A program made the position numbers and the translations under genes. 64,000 nt of DNA from Sphyrna mokarran (Eukaryota): contig JAGIQG010000040.1 in the NCBI GenBank assembly GCA_024679065.1, positions 10,974,001-11,038,000 of the forward strand, in the 5' to 3' direction. Shown here one piece after another: positions 36,381-48,314 of this stretch (the first letter of the stretch is position 1; each line of letters starts with the position of its first letter). Under the pieces are notes generated by a model. The model had not been told where the DNA came from. It searched no databases and saw only the letters and a program-made list of their open reading frames with translations.

Positions 36381-37089
36381 CATTGAGTGGGAGGAGCTTG
36401 TTCCCCATTGTTCAGAATGGAGACAAAATGTCCATCAAACTGCATCAACCCTCTGAGTCCCAATGTCTTATTGATGAGGCAGAGCGGTGGCAGAAAAGGA
36501 AAGAAACCCTTTGACAACGGGTCATCTGGCCTCAATATCAGCTCTTTTCGCTCCTTACAGATGCTGCCAGACCTGCAGAGATTTTCCACATTTTTTCTTC
36601 TGGAAAGGGAAATAAATCCTGCTTTCCAGATCCCACTATATCATGGGATGCCTTCCCCATTTGCCCAAAGATTTGTGGGCTCAGGTCAGTCCCATGAATA
36701 TCTATGGCCGAAACTCATAACCCTGAGGAGACATCACCCTCGAATCGAGGGCTTGTTGACAATGACAAAGGGAAAAGTGTAGCAGGGAGCCTAAGTAGTT
36801 GTCCTGGTAAATTCTTATTGAATTTCATTTTCTGACTGATAGTGATGCCTTTTGTACATTTCATTTACAGTGTATTAGAGGAGGATTTGCAGCCATCTCA
36901 AATGGAACCTTGCATTGTCAACCGACATTGTTAGTCGATTCATCAGGACCTGGATGTAGCCATCATTTAAACGTAAGCAATGAGTTCCAAGTCATTACCC
37001 CTCATGGTATAAAATTTCTTCCTCATATTGCTCTGTAGATTTTGCTCAAAATCTTAAATCTGTGCCCCTTAATTCTTTTGTAGTTGTAG

Positions 37090-37605
37090 AATCATAAAAA
37101 CCCTACAGTGCAGAAGGAGTACATTCAACCCATCAAGTCTGCACTGACAACAATTCCACCCAGACCCCATCCCCGCAACTCCACCTATTTATCCAATAAT
37201 TCTTCTAACCTATGCATTCTGGGACAGCAAGGGGCAATTTAGCATGGCCAATCAACTTAACCTACAGATCTTTGGACTGTGGGAGGAAACTGTGGCACCC
37301 AGAAAAAACCCATGCATCCGCAGGGAAAATATGCAAATAGACAGTGACCCAAAGCGGAAATCGATCCTCATTCCCTCGAGCTGTCAGACAGCAGTGCTAA
37401 TCACTGTTAGTGGCACAGTGGTTAGCACTACTGCCTCACAACGCCAGGGACCTGGGTGCTCCAGTTTCCTCCCACAGTCTGGAAGACGTGCTGGTTAGGT
37501 GCATTTATCTGAACAGGTGACAGTGTGTGGTGAGTAGGGGAATTTCACTGTAACTTCTCTACATTGATAATGTAAGCCTTACTTGTGACTAATAAAAAAA
37601 CTTTA
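37090..37605. mobile_element. Two head-to-head SINEs (minus about 37090-37405, plus about 37410-37605)
   Basis: Reverse-complement SINE body followed by 'ggcacagtggttagcactactgcctcac'. Confidence 0.65.
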
Positions 37606-37990
37606 TTTGTACCACTGTGCCATCCAAATCAGCTGATAGGAACAGCTTTTTCCCCCTTCTCACATGTGTGCGCGCTCCCCCTCTTCTCGCGCGCCCCTTA
37701 AACACAAACCCTGTTCCTCCCTCTTTGCTCCTCCCACAAGGGCGAACGAGTTGGGTTTTTATGACAATCCAGCAGTTTCCAATGGTTACTTTTTCCTAGT
37801 TCCAGCCCCACAAATGGCCAATCAACCTCAGACTAATTCATTCAGCTCAATTTCACAATCTGCCTTTGTGCTTTTGTAGGTTCTCTCTCACTCCCATTTT
37901 ACTGTTTTAAATCTATTTCACAAGATTTTAGAAGGAGAAGATTTGTAGTTGGGAAATTGAAACCAAACATCACATCAGGATCTAATACAG

Positions 37991-38821
37991 ATGGATTTTA
38001 TCGTAAATAGAATATCATTAGATTACATGGAAGGAAAAAACACTGTTCACACTGGGGAGAAACCGTACACATGTTCTGTGTGTGGACGAGGCTTCAGTCG
38101 ATCATCTGGCCTGTTAGAACATAAATGTACTCACAATGGGAAGAAACCATGGAAATGTAGAGACTGTGGGAAAGGGTTTGATTATCCATCCAAGTTGGAA
38201 ATTCATCAACGCACTCACACTGGGGAGAGACCATTCACCTGCTCCCAGTGTGGGAAGGAATTCAGACACTCATACCACTTACAGACACACCAACATATTC
38301 ACGCAGGTGAGAGGCCGTTCACTTGCTCCCAGTGTGGGAAAGGATTTGCTCATTCCTCCAATCTGGTGAGACACCAGCGAGTTCACACTGGGGAGAAACC
38401 ATTCCAATGTTCAGATTGCAAGAAGTGTTATAAAAGTTCTGGGGAACTGATATCCCATCAACGCATTCACACTGATGAGAGACCCTTTCGGTGTTCTCAC
38501 TGTGGGACTGGATTCAGACGATCATCTGACCTCACTGTACACCAACGAGTTCACACAGGTGAGAGACCTTTTAACTGCCCAGATTGTGGGAAGTGCTATA
38601 AAAGTTCTGGGGAACTACTGTCCCATCAACGTATTCATACTGACATGAAACCTTTCAGGTGCTCTCAGTGTGGAACGGGGTTCAGACGATCATCTGACCT
38701 TACTGTACATCTGCGAATTCACACTGGGAAGAAGCCATACTCCTGCTCCGTGTGTGGAAAAGGATTCACTCAGTTATCCAACTTGTTAATGCACCAGCGA
38801 ATTCACAAGAAATCTCAGTGA
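37991..38821 (+). CDS. C2H2 zinc-finger protein (9 fingers), intact
   Basis: 276-aa ORF (family-conserved MEG start at 38027), nine complete fingers, upstream acceptor at about 37924. Confidence 0.88.
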   Translation: MDFIVNRISLDYMEGKNTVHTGEKPYTCSVCGRGFSRSSGLLEHKCTHNGKKPWKCRDCGKGFDYPSKLEIHQRTHTGERPFTCSQCGKEFRHSYHLQTHQHIHAGERPFTCSQCGKGFAHSSNLVRHQRVHTGEKPFQCSDCKKCYKSSGELISHQRIHTDERPFRCSHCGTGFRRSSDLTVHQRVHTGERPFNCPDCGKCYKSSGELLSHQRIHTDMKPFRCSQCGTGFRRSSDLTVHLRIHTGKKPYSCSVCGKGFTQLSNLLMHQRIHKKSQ

Positions 38822-41800
38822 TTGGATTTTGCTGTACATCACATTCTGGACTAAACCAGCTTTGTTGAGGTCTGTTCCTGCTGATGTTCATAACATCCAA
38901 CCCAATTATAAGGTATGAGGAGCTTATGGAGTTTCTTGTTTTGATCTTAGTGACAATCTAATCAGCTGCTTCTGCTGCTTTCCTCCCTTCCTCTAGCTCT
39001 AACTGTCTCATGGGCATCACTATTTGGCCTGCATTTATTGCCCATCTTCTGTTGCCCTTAAGAAGGTGTTGCCGGCTTCTTGAATCGTACAGTCCATGTT
39101 GTGTGGGTTGACCCATAATGCCGTTAGGGAGGGAATTCCAGGAATTTGACCCAATGACTCAAAGGAAATCAGGATGGTGAGTGGCTTGGAGAGGAATTGC
39201 AGGTGGTGGTATTTCCATTTATCTGCTGCTTTTGCCCTTCTAGATGGCAGTGGTCACAGGCTTGGAAGGTGCTGTTTAAGGATCTTTGGTGAATTGCTGC
39301 AGTGCATTTTGTAGATAATACACAACGCTGCTCGTGAGTATCGGTGGTGGAGGGAATGAATGTTCGTACGTGTGGTGCCAATCAAGCAAGTTGCTTTTGT
39401 CAAGCTTGGATGGTGTCAAACTTATTGAGTGTTGAAGCTGCACCCATCCAGGTATGCAACGAGTATTCCATCACACTTCTGACTTGTGCCTTGTAGATGG
39501 TGGATAGGTTCTGGGGAGTCAGGATGTGAGTTACCTAATTTCTAGTAATCCTGGTTTCTGACTTGTTCTTATAGCCACTGAGTTTATGTGGTGAGTCCAG
39601 TTGAGGTTTTGGTCAGTGGTGACTGTAAGGATGTTGACAGTGGGGGGTTCAGTGATGATTCCACCATTGAATATCATGAGGCGATGATTATAGTGTCTGT
39701 AGTTGGTGATGGTCATTGAGTGGCATTTGCTCATTTTCTTAAATTGATGGAGTGTGAGAGTGATAATTACAGCAGGAAACAGAGTGGCTGTGTGAATTTA
39801 AACTGAGAGTTCGATGTGTTAGTAGGGTGGGTACAGAATAGAAATAGATCTGAATGGGCTGTTAGTGATCAAAAAAGATGCATGCTGTGCCACAAAGTAT
39901 CATGAGTAAAATATGATTAAAGAGAATTTACTTTTCTTTTAAATTATCAATGTTATAAAGAGATGACGTGTATCAATTCTGGGAGAGATTAGTTCTGAGG
40001 AAATTGGGTGAGAATAGAGAGATGAAAGGAAAGAACATAGTTAAGGGGATACTGAAACCTATGAAGGGAGTTGTTTCAGACCTCAGCCAACAGCAGTAAT
40101 ATTTGGTTAACTGCCAGAAAGCAGCGTGAAGGAGGCTGTATGTGAAAAGCCAACTGCTGGTTAACCTCAGAAGCAACACCGACAGGAATAAAGGCACTCA
40201 GTGGTTAAAATAAAAAGTCACTGTATTTTTATAAATCTTAAAATCTATAAGGTGTTGCTGGACAGATTGCTGAAGGTAGTTAAATTGAGATTGTTTGGAA
40301 CTGTTTAACGTACTGGTACTGTGTGAAGCCATTGTATTATTTTAAATGTAATTCTATTTCATTTGTTTTTTTCTCCCATTTCTTAATTAACATTTTGATT
40401 GCTATAAAACCATCACAAAAAATCAGGGACTTAATTTCTGGATTTCACAACCTCTCCTCATGCAATATAAATTACAGACTCAGATTTGTTGTGTATTTGG
40501 GATATTGCTGTGTGTGGCATGGTCCCTTTAAAACGACAGTCACATAATCACTCTGTGACATCATCGGCTCTCTGCAGGCTGCCAGGAGTTGGGGAATTGA
40601 AGTTGTCGAGTGCAAACCAAAAACAAACCTGTTTACTGTTTTTATTCAATCTTGTATGGACCTCTTGAATTATTCCCGTCTCTGCATCCTCCCCAACTGT
40701 AGACAGCACAACATTGAGCAAAATCTGTGTCCTTAACATTAAATAAACTCCAGCTTAGTTACAGGAGTTGGCATTCCAGATAAAAGTCAACTAAATCAGC
40801 TTTGTATTCAACAAGGTGTATCAAGTCTTTTTGAATACCCCTTCACAAAGGATTCTGTCTGTTACCTCCATCCTCAGCTCCAACAAGTGTGAGGAGCTCA
40901 TGGCGTCTCAGGTGACACAGTGTTTAGTACTGCTTCCTCAGTGCCAGGGACCCAGGTTTGATTCTCGTCTAGTGTGACTATGTGGAGTCTGCATGTTCTT
41001 CCCGTGTCTGCATTGAAAAAACCTGAGTTAACAAAAAATAGCATCGGAAGAGTTGGAGATGCCTCTGCAGTATTCATGGACATTCTTAAACTGCACAAAG
41101 TTTCCTTGACTGAATAGTGTCAGGTGGGAATTTTCATACAGTTTTAGAAATAAAACTATTTGCAGTTAAGAATGCCATTCAGCCCATCAAGTCGGGACCA
41201 ACCACAATCCCACCCATGGCCTATCTTCATAACCCATGCATTAACTCTAGCTGGTCCCCCTAACAATTTTTAGCATAGCCAATCCTCCTAACCAGCATAT
41301 CTTTGGACTATGGGAGGAAACCAGAGTGCCTAGGGGAAACCCAAAGTCCACACAAATAGTGACTCAAGCTGTGAATAGAACCTTGGTCCCTGGTGCTGTG
41401 CGACATCAGTGCTAACCACTGTGCTGTCCCTCAACATTGTTTTTGAAAATAGGGCAGTGCTGACCCAGTCAGTTCTGGAATGTAAGTGGTCAGTTATCCT
41501 ATTTACAGCAGCAGACCCATATCAGAAAGAAACCATTCAGATATGTGTGTAAATAGATTTATTCATTTTGCCCTTCTGTAACATATTTAAAAGATCAAAG
41601 GATTTGATCAACCATGAGTTCACTCTTGTTGTCAAGTCTGCATGTGTGTGGAGAGGGGAGTTCATTACACCAATTGACACCTTAAGGAGTTCATCTTCAG
41701 GTGTAGATGTTGTTTTGCAATTTATTAAAGTCAGGACAGAGCTGTAGTGCTTACTGACACTAGCTATTTATTTAGTTATTTAAATTTTATACCTTGGTGG

Positions 41801-41859
41801 TTTGGCTTCGGTCGTAATTGAATCACAAAACATGATTATTTTTATGCAGTAACTCACTC

Positions 41860-42240
41860 CAATGGTGGCTATCTTACCCAGCATTCACAGCGAATCAGAA
41901 TATGGTCTATCCGTTCAACAGACTTTGCGCATGCGTACTGTAGCTCTACGGCGCATGCGCAGTGAGTTTTGCTGCTGCAGTCGCAGCGAGGCGGTTTATC
42001 GGCCCCGGGTTTCCAAGGAAACGGCTTATTCTGGAGGGTAATGGAGGCGGCGGGGCGGATGGAGAGACTTCATAAGCTCCCAGTACAGACAGGAAAACCC
42101 GAATAATAACTGCTCGGTGCCGCGTTCGTACCATTCGGGGCGGCGACCACAGATTACTGAGTTGGAGGCTCCGAATTAACGGCCTCCATCTTTACGGGGA
42201 GGTGGGCAGCAGTGCGCATGCGCGGTGCTCCCTGCCAGCA
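41860..42240 (+). promoter_or_regulatory. CpG-island promoter
   Basis: TTACCCAGCATTCACAGCG (41874-41892), three NRF1-like GCGCATGCG motifs, GC boxes, YY1-like CCTCCATCTT. Confidence 0.7.
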
Positions 42241-42616
42241 GGAGGAGAGAATGTTGTGAATTTCTATCCTGGACTGACAGTGATGGAGTTTAGAAACTCC
42301 TTTTACAGGGAGTTAGAGGGGGGAGGATTTACACACACAAAACCCAACCCAAGAGAAACGTTTCTCGCTTAATTTCTATTCTTGACTGACGGTGATGATC
42401 TTTTTTACAGGAAATTTGACGACAAAATTTGAAGGGAAACTCAAACCAGACACCAGATCAAAACCTGACAGAGTCCATTCCATTCATCAGAACCTGAATG
42501 TAAGTGTGTCTGTCGAAAAAAGATCCAAACACTTGTGTGAGCGGAAGTAGGAAACAATAATGTCATGGAAGGATTTGCAAAAAAGGGATGCAATTTGCAA
42601 AAAAAAAAATCCAAAA

Positions 42617-43795
42617 GGAGTTTTTTGAAAAGGTGACCAAAGAGATGGATAAGGGTAAGGCAGTTGACGTGGTATATATGGACTTCAATAAGGTGTTCGA
42701 TAAGGTTCCCTGTGGAAGGCTTCTGCAGAAAATGCAGATGTATGGGATTGAGGGTGATTTAGCTAATAGCATTAGGAATTGGCCAGTTGATAGAAGACAG
42801 AGGGTGGTGGTTGATGGGAATTATTCATCATGGAGTTTGGTTACAAGTGGTGTTCCTCAGGGATCTGTTTTGGGGCCTCTGCTGTTTGTAATTTTTATAA
42901 ATGATCTGGATGAGGGTATAGAAGGATGGATTACTAAATTTGCTGATGACACCAAAGTTGGAGGAATTGTAGATAGTGAAGAGGGGTGTTATAGTTTGCA
43001 GAGAGACTTAGACAAGTTGCAGAGCTGGGCCAAGAGGTGACAAATGGAGTTTAATGCGGAAAAGTGTGAGGTAATTCACTTTGGCAGAAATAACAAATGT
43101 ATAGAGTATAGGGCTAATGGTAGGACTCTTAATAGTGTTGATGAACAGAGGGATCTCGGTGTATATGTGCATAGATCCCTGAAAGTTGGCACTCAAGTTG
43201 ATAACATTGTTAAGAAGGCATACGGAGTCTTGGCTTTTATTGGTAGGGGGATTAAATTTCAGTGTTGCAACTGTACAAAACTCTGGTGTGGCTGCACTTG
43301 GAGTATTGTGTACATTGTGGAAGCATTGGAGAGGGTGCAGAGGAGGTTTACCAGGATGTTGCCTGGTATGGAGGGAAGGTCTTATGAGGAACGGCTGAGG
43401 GATTTGAGGTTATTTTCATTCGAGAGAAGGTGGCTAAGCGGTGACCTTATTGTGGTATATAAGATGATCAGAGGATTAGACAGGGTGGACAGTGATCGCC
43501 TTTTTCCTCGGATGGAGAAGATTAGCACAAGGGGACATAGCTTTAAATTAAGGGGTGGTAGTTATAGGACGGATGTCAGAGATAGGTTCTTTACCCAGAG
43601 GTGGTGAGGGCATGGAATGCCCTGCCTGCAGCAGTTGTAGATGCGCCAAGTTTGGGGGTGTTTAAGTGGTCACTGGATAGGTTTATGGATGAAAATGGAA
43701 TGGTTTAAGTTAGAGGGTTATTGCTTTTTCTCCATTGGTCAGCACAGCATTGAGGGCCGAAGGGCCTGTACTGCGCTGTAATGTTCTATGTTCTA
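42617..43795 (+). mobile_element. 5'-truncated CR1 LINE (RT domain)
   Basis: [36 protein letters not shown]; frameshifts; same subfamily as 48.3-50.9 kb. Confidence 0.92.
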
Positions 43796-45149
43796 AAACT
43801 TCATCACATCCTTGAGTGAAGAAATCCTTCCTCATCTGAGCTTTGTCTCCATTTTCCAGCCTGTTCCAATAAGTCTTGACTCCCTTGTCATTCAAAAACA
43901 GTCTTAAGTTATCCTTGAAGATATTCAATGCTCCATGGCAGACAAAGCCAGATATTAACAATTGTCTGAGGGAAGGGATTTGTGCAAATATATAATTAGT
44001 TCCAATCCAGTGTTACAGAACAAGATAAGTGCATTTTAATACCGAGCCATAAATAATATCTCTAATCTCTACCATATAACAATATCAGACATGTCGCTGT
44101 TCTATATTAGTATACTGTCCCCTTTAATATATTTCAGAAATGAGATGGGCACACGTAGGAAATAAACTTGCAGGGGAAAGGGAACGAAGAAGGGGAATGG
44201 GATTGACTGGATTGTTCGACAGAAGTCAGCATGGACTTGAGTTACTGAATGGATTCCTTCTGTGCTGTAATGACTCTGAATGGAAATATATTACAGAACT
44301 ACATTGCCTCATTACAAGACAAGAAAGAATAAATGGACTTTGTTACAGAACCATAAATAATGTCAGATCCTTAATATAACAACACTCGGCATATCTCTGT
44401 CCTATAATAATTTATCATTCTAATAATTTAAATGTCAGCCATCTCTGAGGGAAACCAGCTCTTTCATTGTGAACATTAGGAAAGAGACCATCCTTTTAGC
44501 CAGACAAATAAATGTATCAAGCTGAGGGACCAAAGGATGTCAATGTCTTTGAGAGAATCATAATGCGGAAATTGGCCAGTGAGCTTCAGAATGAAATTTG
44601 CTCCTCCATGCAACATCTGGGAGGAAGTCAGTGTTTCCCCCTTTCCACTTCTTTTCTCATTCTGGGGGAAACTGGGGATTTGCAGCAACCGAAGAAAAAG
44701 AAAGTGAATCCAGTCTTACATTCCACACATTTTTATTCCAGTCGTATGTGTATAGATCGATCTGGCAGCGTCATGGGGATTTTCAGCTCTCTGTCCAGGA
44801 CAGGAAGCATTGAGCGTGGATCTGTCAATCAGCACCTTCAGGAGAATTGGGAGGGCGAATATTAGATACAGCAGAGTGAGATTGGAGTGAGAATGTGGGA
44901 TGGGGATTTACAGCTTTTGAGGAATGGGAGAGCAAAAAAATTCCATACAAAGTACAATTGTTTGTTCTGAATTTCAATCCTGTGCTAACATTGATGACTT
45001 GTGTCAACTTATTTTACAGGATATTGAAAGAGGAATCGCAAGCTGAAATCTCAACCATCACATCTAGATCTGGCAGAGTCATATTCCTTAGCACCTGAAT
45101 ATCATTGGCCGTTGAATCTGGAAGATTTGAAAAGGTTTTAAACATCAGT

Positions 45150-45717
45150 GTGACTGGAAAAGCACCAACACTCTGCCACACTCAAGTGAGAGTGTTCCAG
45201 TGCACTGACTGAAGAGCTTTAACCAGTTACACTGAATAAATACCACACCATTCACAGCGGGGAGAGACTAGACACATGTTGTGTGTGTGGGTGAGGCTTC
45301 AACTGATTGTCCACCCAAGTGAGAGACAAGGACACCTGCCCCATGGAGAAACCATGGGAATGTGCTGACTGTGGAAAGAGATACAGTATACCCTCTCTGC
45401 TGGATGCTCATCAGCGCAGCCACACTGGGGAAAGGCCATTCACTTGCTCTCAGTGTGGGAAGGGATTCATTCGGTTCCAGCACCTGCAATTACACAAGCT
45501 TGTTCACAGTGGGGAGAAGCCGTTCACCTGTTCACAGTGTGGGGAGGGATTCATTTGGTCATCCAGCCTGCAGAAGCACCAGCGAATTCACACTGGGGAG
45601 AGGCTGTTCACCTGCTCTCAGTGTGGGAAGAGATTCACTCGGTCATTCAACTTGCAGATACACCAGCGAATTCACACTGGGGAGAGACCGTTCACCTGCT
45701 CTCAGTGTGGGAAGATA

Positions 45718-45750
<33 letters not shown>

Positions 45751-46075
45751 CACTCGTCATTTTCACTTGCGATACACCCAGCGAATTCACACTGGGAGCG
45801 ACCGTTCACCCTGCTCTTCCCAAAAGTTGGGGGGGGGGGGGGGGGGGGTGGGGAAGAGATTCACTTGGTCATCCAACTTGCAGATACACCAGCGAATTCA
45901 CACTGGGGAGAGGCCGTTCACCTGCTTTCAGCATGGAAAGGGATTCAGTCAAGCATCCATCCTGCAGAGACACCAGCAAATTCACAGTGGGGAGAGGCCA
46001 TTCACCTACTCTCAGTGTGGAAAGGGATTCAGAGTTTCACCCCAGCTGCTGAGACACCAACAAGTTCACGAGTGA
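45150..46075 (+). pseudogene. C2H2 zinc-finger gene, disrupted (decayed 5' fingers; T29 and G20 runs inside the array)
   Basis: Fingers in ORFs 45307+ and 45767+; frame broken at 45715-45850; last fingers lack Cys (FTCFQH, FTYSQC). Confidence 0.7.
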
Positions 46076-46319
46076 TATTCAGGGTTGGATTCTGCTGTTA
46101 TTGTTTCAGTTCTCAGTTACATCCGGGACTGCATTTTGTTCATTCTCACAGTTGATCAATGCGAAGGGTTTCTTTCTGTTGGACTGACCAATCTCTTGAC
46201 TTTGCCTCCAGTAGGCTGATGCTCTTTGAGTCTTGTTGTGAATACCTGGTTTTAAATTTCATAAGGATCACAGGGTGACTGAGGATTAGGAAGGTCTGAG
46301 ATATTCTGTCTGAAACACT

Positions 46320-46640
46320 GCCCCCTCTCCGCCCACCCATCCCGCCACACACACAAATGCCTATCCAATTTCCTTTGATTATTTTCACTTCCTCCACCCT
46401 CGTAGGGAGCAGGTTCCAAGTCAATACCATTCGCTGCAGCGAAATATTCTTCCTCATGTTCCTCCCCCTGTATCTCTGACTCAAATCTTAATACTGGGTC
46501 CCCTCTTGTCCTTGCCCTATCAGCTAATGGAAACAGCTTTTCTTTGTCCACCTTATCTAAACCTGTCAGATTCTTGTCCACCTCTATCAAATCTCCCTTC
46601 AACCTCCTTTGCTCCAAGGGGAACCATCCCAGCCTGACAT
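46320..46640 (-). mobile_element. CR1 LINE 3' fragment
   Basis: LEQRRLKGDLIEVDK motif in ORF 46252-46656. Confidence 0.75.
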
Positions 46641-48314
46641 CGACAATAAAGAACAAACTAACAAAATATTGTAATACCTGAAACTGAATGGGAATGTTGA
46701 ATTTCTGTTTTAAAGATATTGTGAATACATTGTCCTGGACAATAATGAAATTGGGTAACGCAGTTTGGATATGGTTGAATGGAATATATCAATCTGGTAT
46801 CCACCTACAGTTAGTGAAAGTCTGGAATATGTACCTGGAAATCACTCCCTGACAGCACTGTGGATGTATTTACAGGCATTGTAGTAGTACAGGAAGGCAG
46901 TGTTGGGGTTGACCATGGCCGAGGCAGCTACACACAGCCACATATTCTGTTATAATTGAAGGACTGCAGATTGAATGTGAGGCATTATGGGACTGGACTG
47001 TCTTGACCACATTCCTGTGACTGCTCAGTTTCTGTAATTACAGACCATTAACGCTGCTTAGCAGGGCCTCCAGGGAGGACCCAGTGAGAATATTTACTGG
47101 GAATGAGTTGGAATTAAACTTATCCAAGGACCAGCTGGTGTTAAGCAGATGTTTTTCCTGAATCTGTAAAAAGGGGAGTCTGACAAATCAACAAACAGTG
47201 GGAAGTAGTTGGTTAAGAAATCAAGATGTGTTCTCAGGCATTGTTTAAATTAATTTATCCTAAACTTGTGATAAAAACTGTGACTGATTTGTGATCTGAT
47301 AGTCAGTGAAGTGATGGTATTCTCCAAGTAGCACTGGACTGAAAAGCGGACCCTCTGAGAGTAGATCCGAATGGTTATTATCTTACCCCATCATGGCCAG
47401 TGAAAAATCAGAGCTTGAGTGGGATCCGGATAGGTCTCTTACCTGTCGTTTGGAAACTAAGAACACACAACCTATCGATAAAATGATTTGAGAGTCGAGC
47501 CATTTTGAGTCTGGATGACACTTCATAAGAACTCTTATAAAGGGTTATCCAGACTCGAGACATTGGCTCTATTCTCTCTCCACAGATGCTGTCAGAGCAG
47601 TGTTTTGTGTTTTTGTTTGATTCCAGCATCTGCAGTGTTTCACTTTTTTATGATAAAATGAGGTTTGGAATCCCCAGGACCCTCTCCCAAAACAGAGAGA
47701 GTGATGGGAGAGGGGAAAAAAAGGATAAGAATGAAAAAGTCTGGCTTCTGATTCTCTGAGCCTGTGTAGAATTAACAAAATGGAGTAAAGCATAGAAGTT
47801 ACCCATCCCTATCAATAACTGATCAATTACAACGATTAGGTTGAAGAATGTAATAAAAAATGAATAGATGAAGTATAAAATGAAGTCTGTTTTGTTAGAA
47901 AAGTTTTTTAAAATTATGTAAAATGCTATAATTATGCAAGTTTTTTCTGCTCATTCCCCACTCCTATAGGCTCTGTAGAGAAGTTAACCCTTTCAGCAAT
48001 CAGTCAATTTGTTTTTAAGTCACTTGGAAACGCGTCTCTGTTTTAGTTTATAATTGTATCTTTATTCGAACCAGTTAACTCTGGAAATTTTAAATGTAAC
48101 CTGGAGGAATTTGGAATAACTGAGAATTCTCTCGTTGTCACCTCAACTTCAGATAAAGAACAAAAATTTACAGGTGGTAACGGTAACTCAATAAACTGTT
48201 TGTTGATTGAATCAGGCTTGAGTGTTGAATGATTCTTCTGAGTTCATTGCCCCCAACACATTGGGTACATTACCACTGGAGACCAGATATTGCCAAAATC
48301 TTCAGACAATGGAT

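Noticed and set aside
45715-45850. T29 and G20 runs producing poly-Phe and poly-Gly inside a zinc-finger array
   Set aside because: Homopolymer expansions with scattered indels within one finger unit look like a low-quality consensus or read artefact rather than biology.
22988-46075. 84-bp periodic repeats as a CRISPR-like or satellite array
   Set aside because: They are C2H2 finger-coding repeats in a vertebrate genome.
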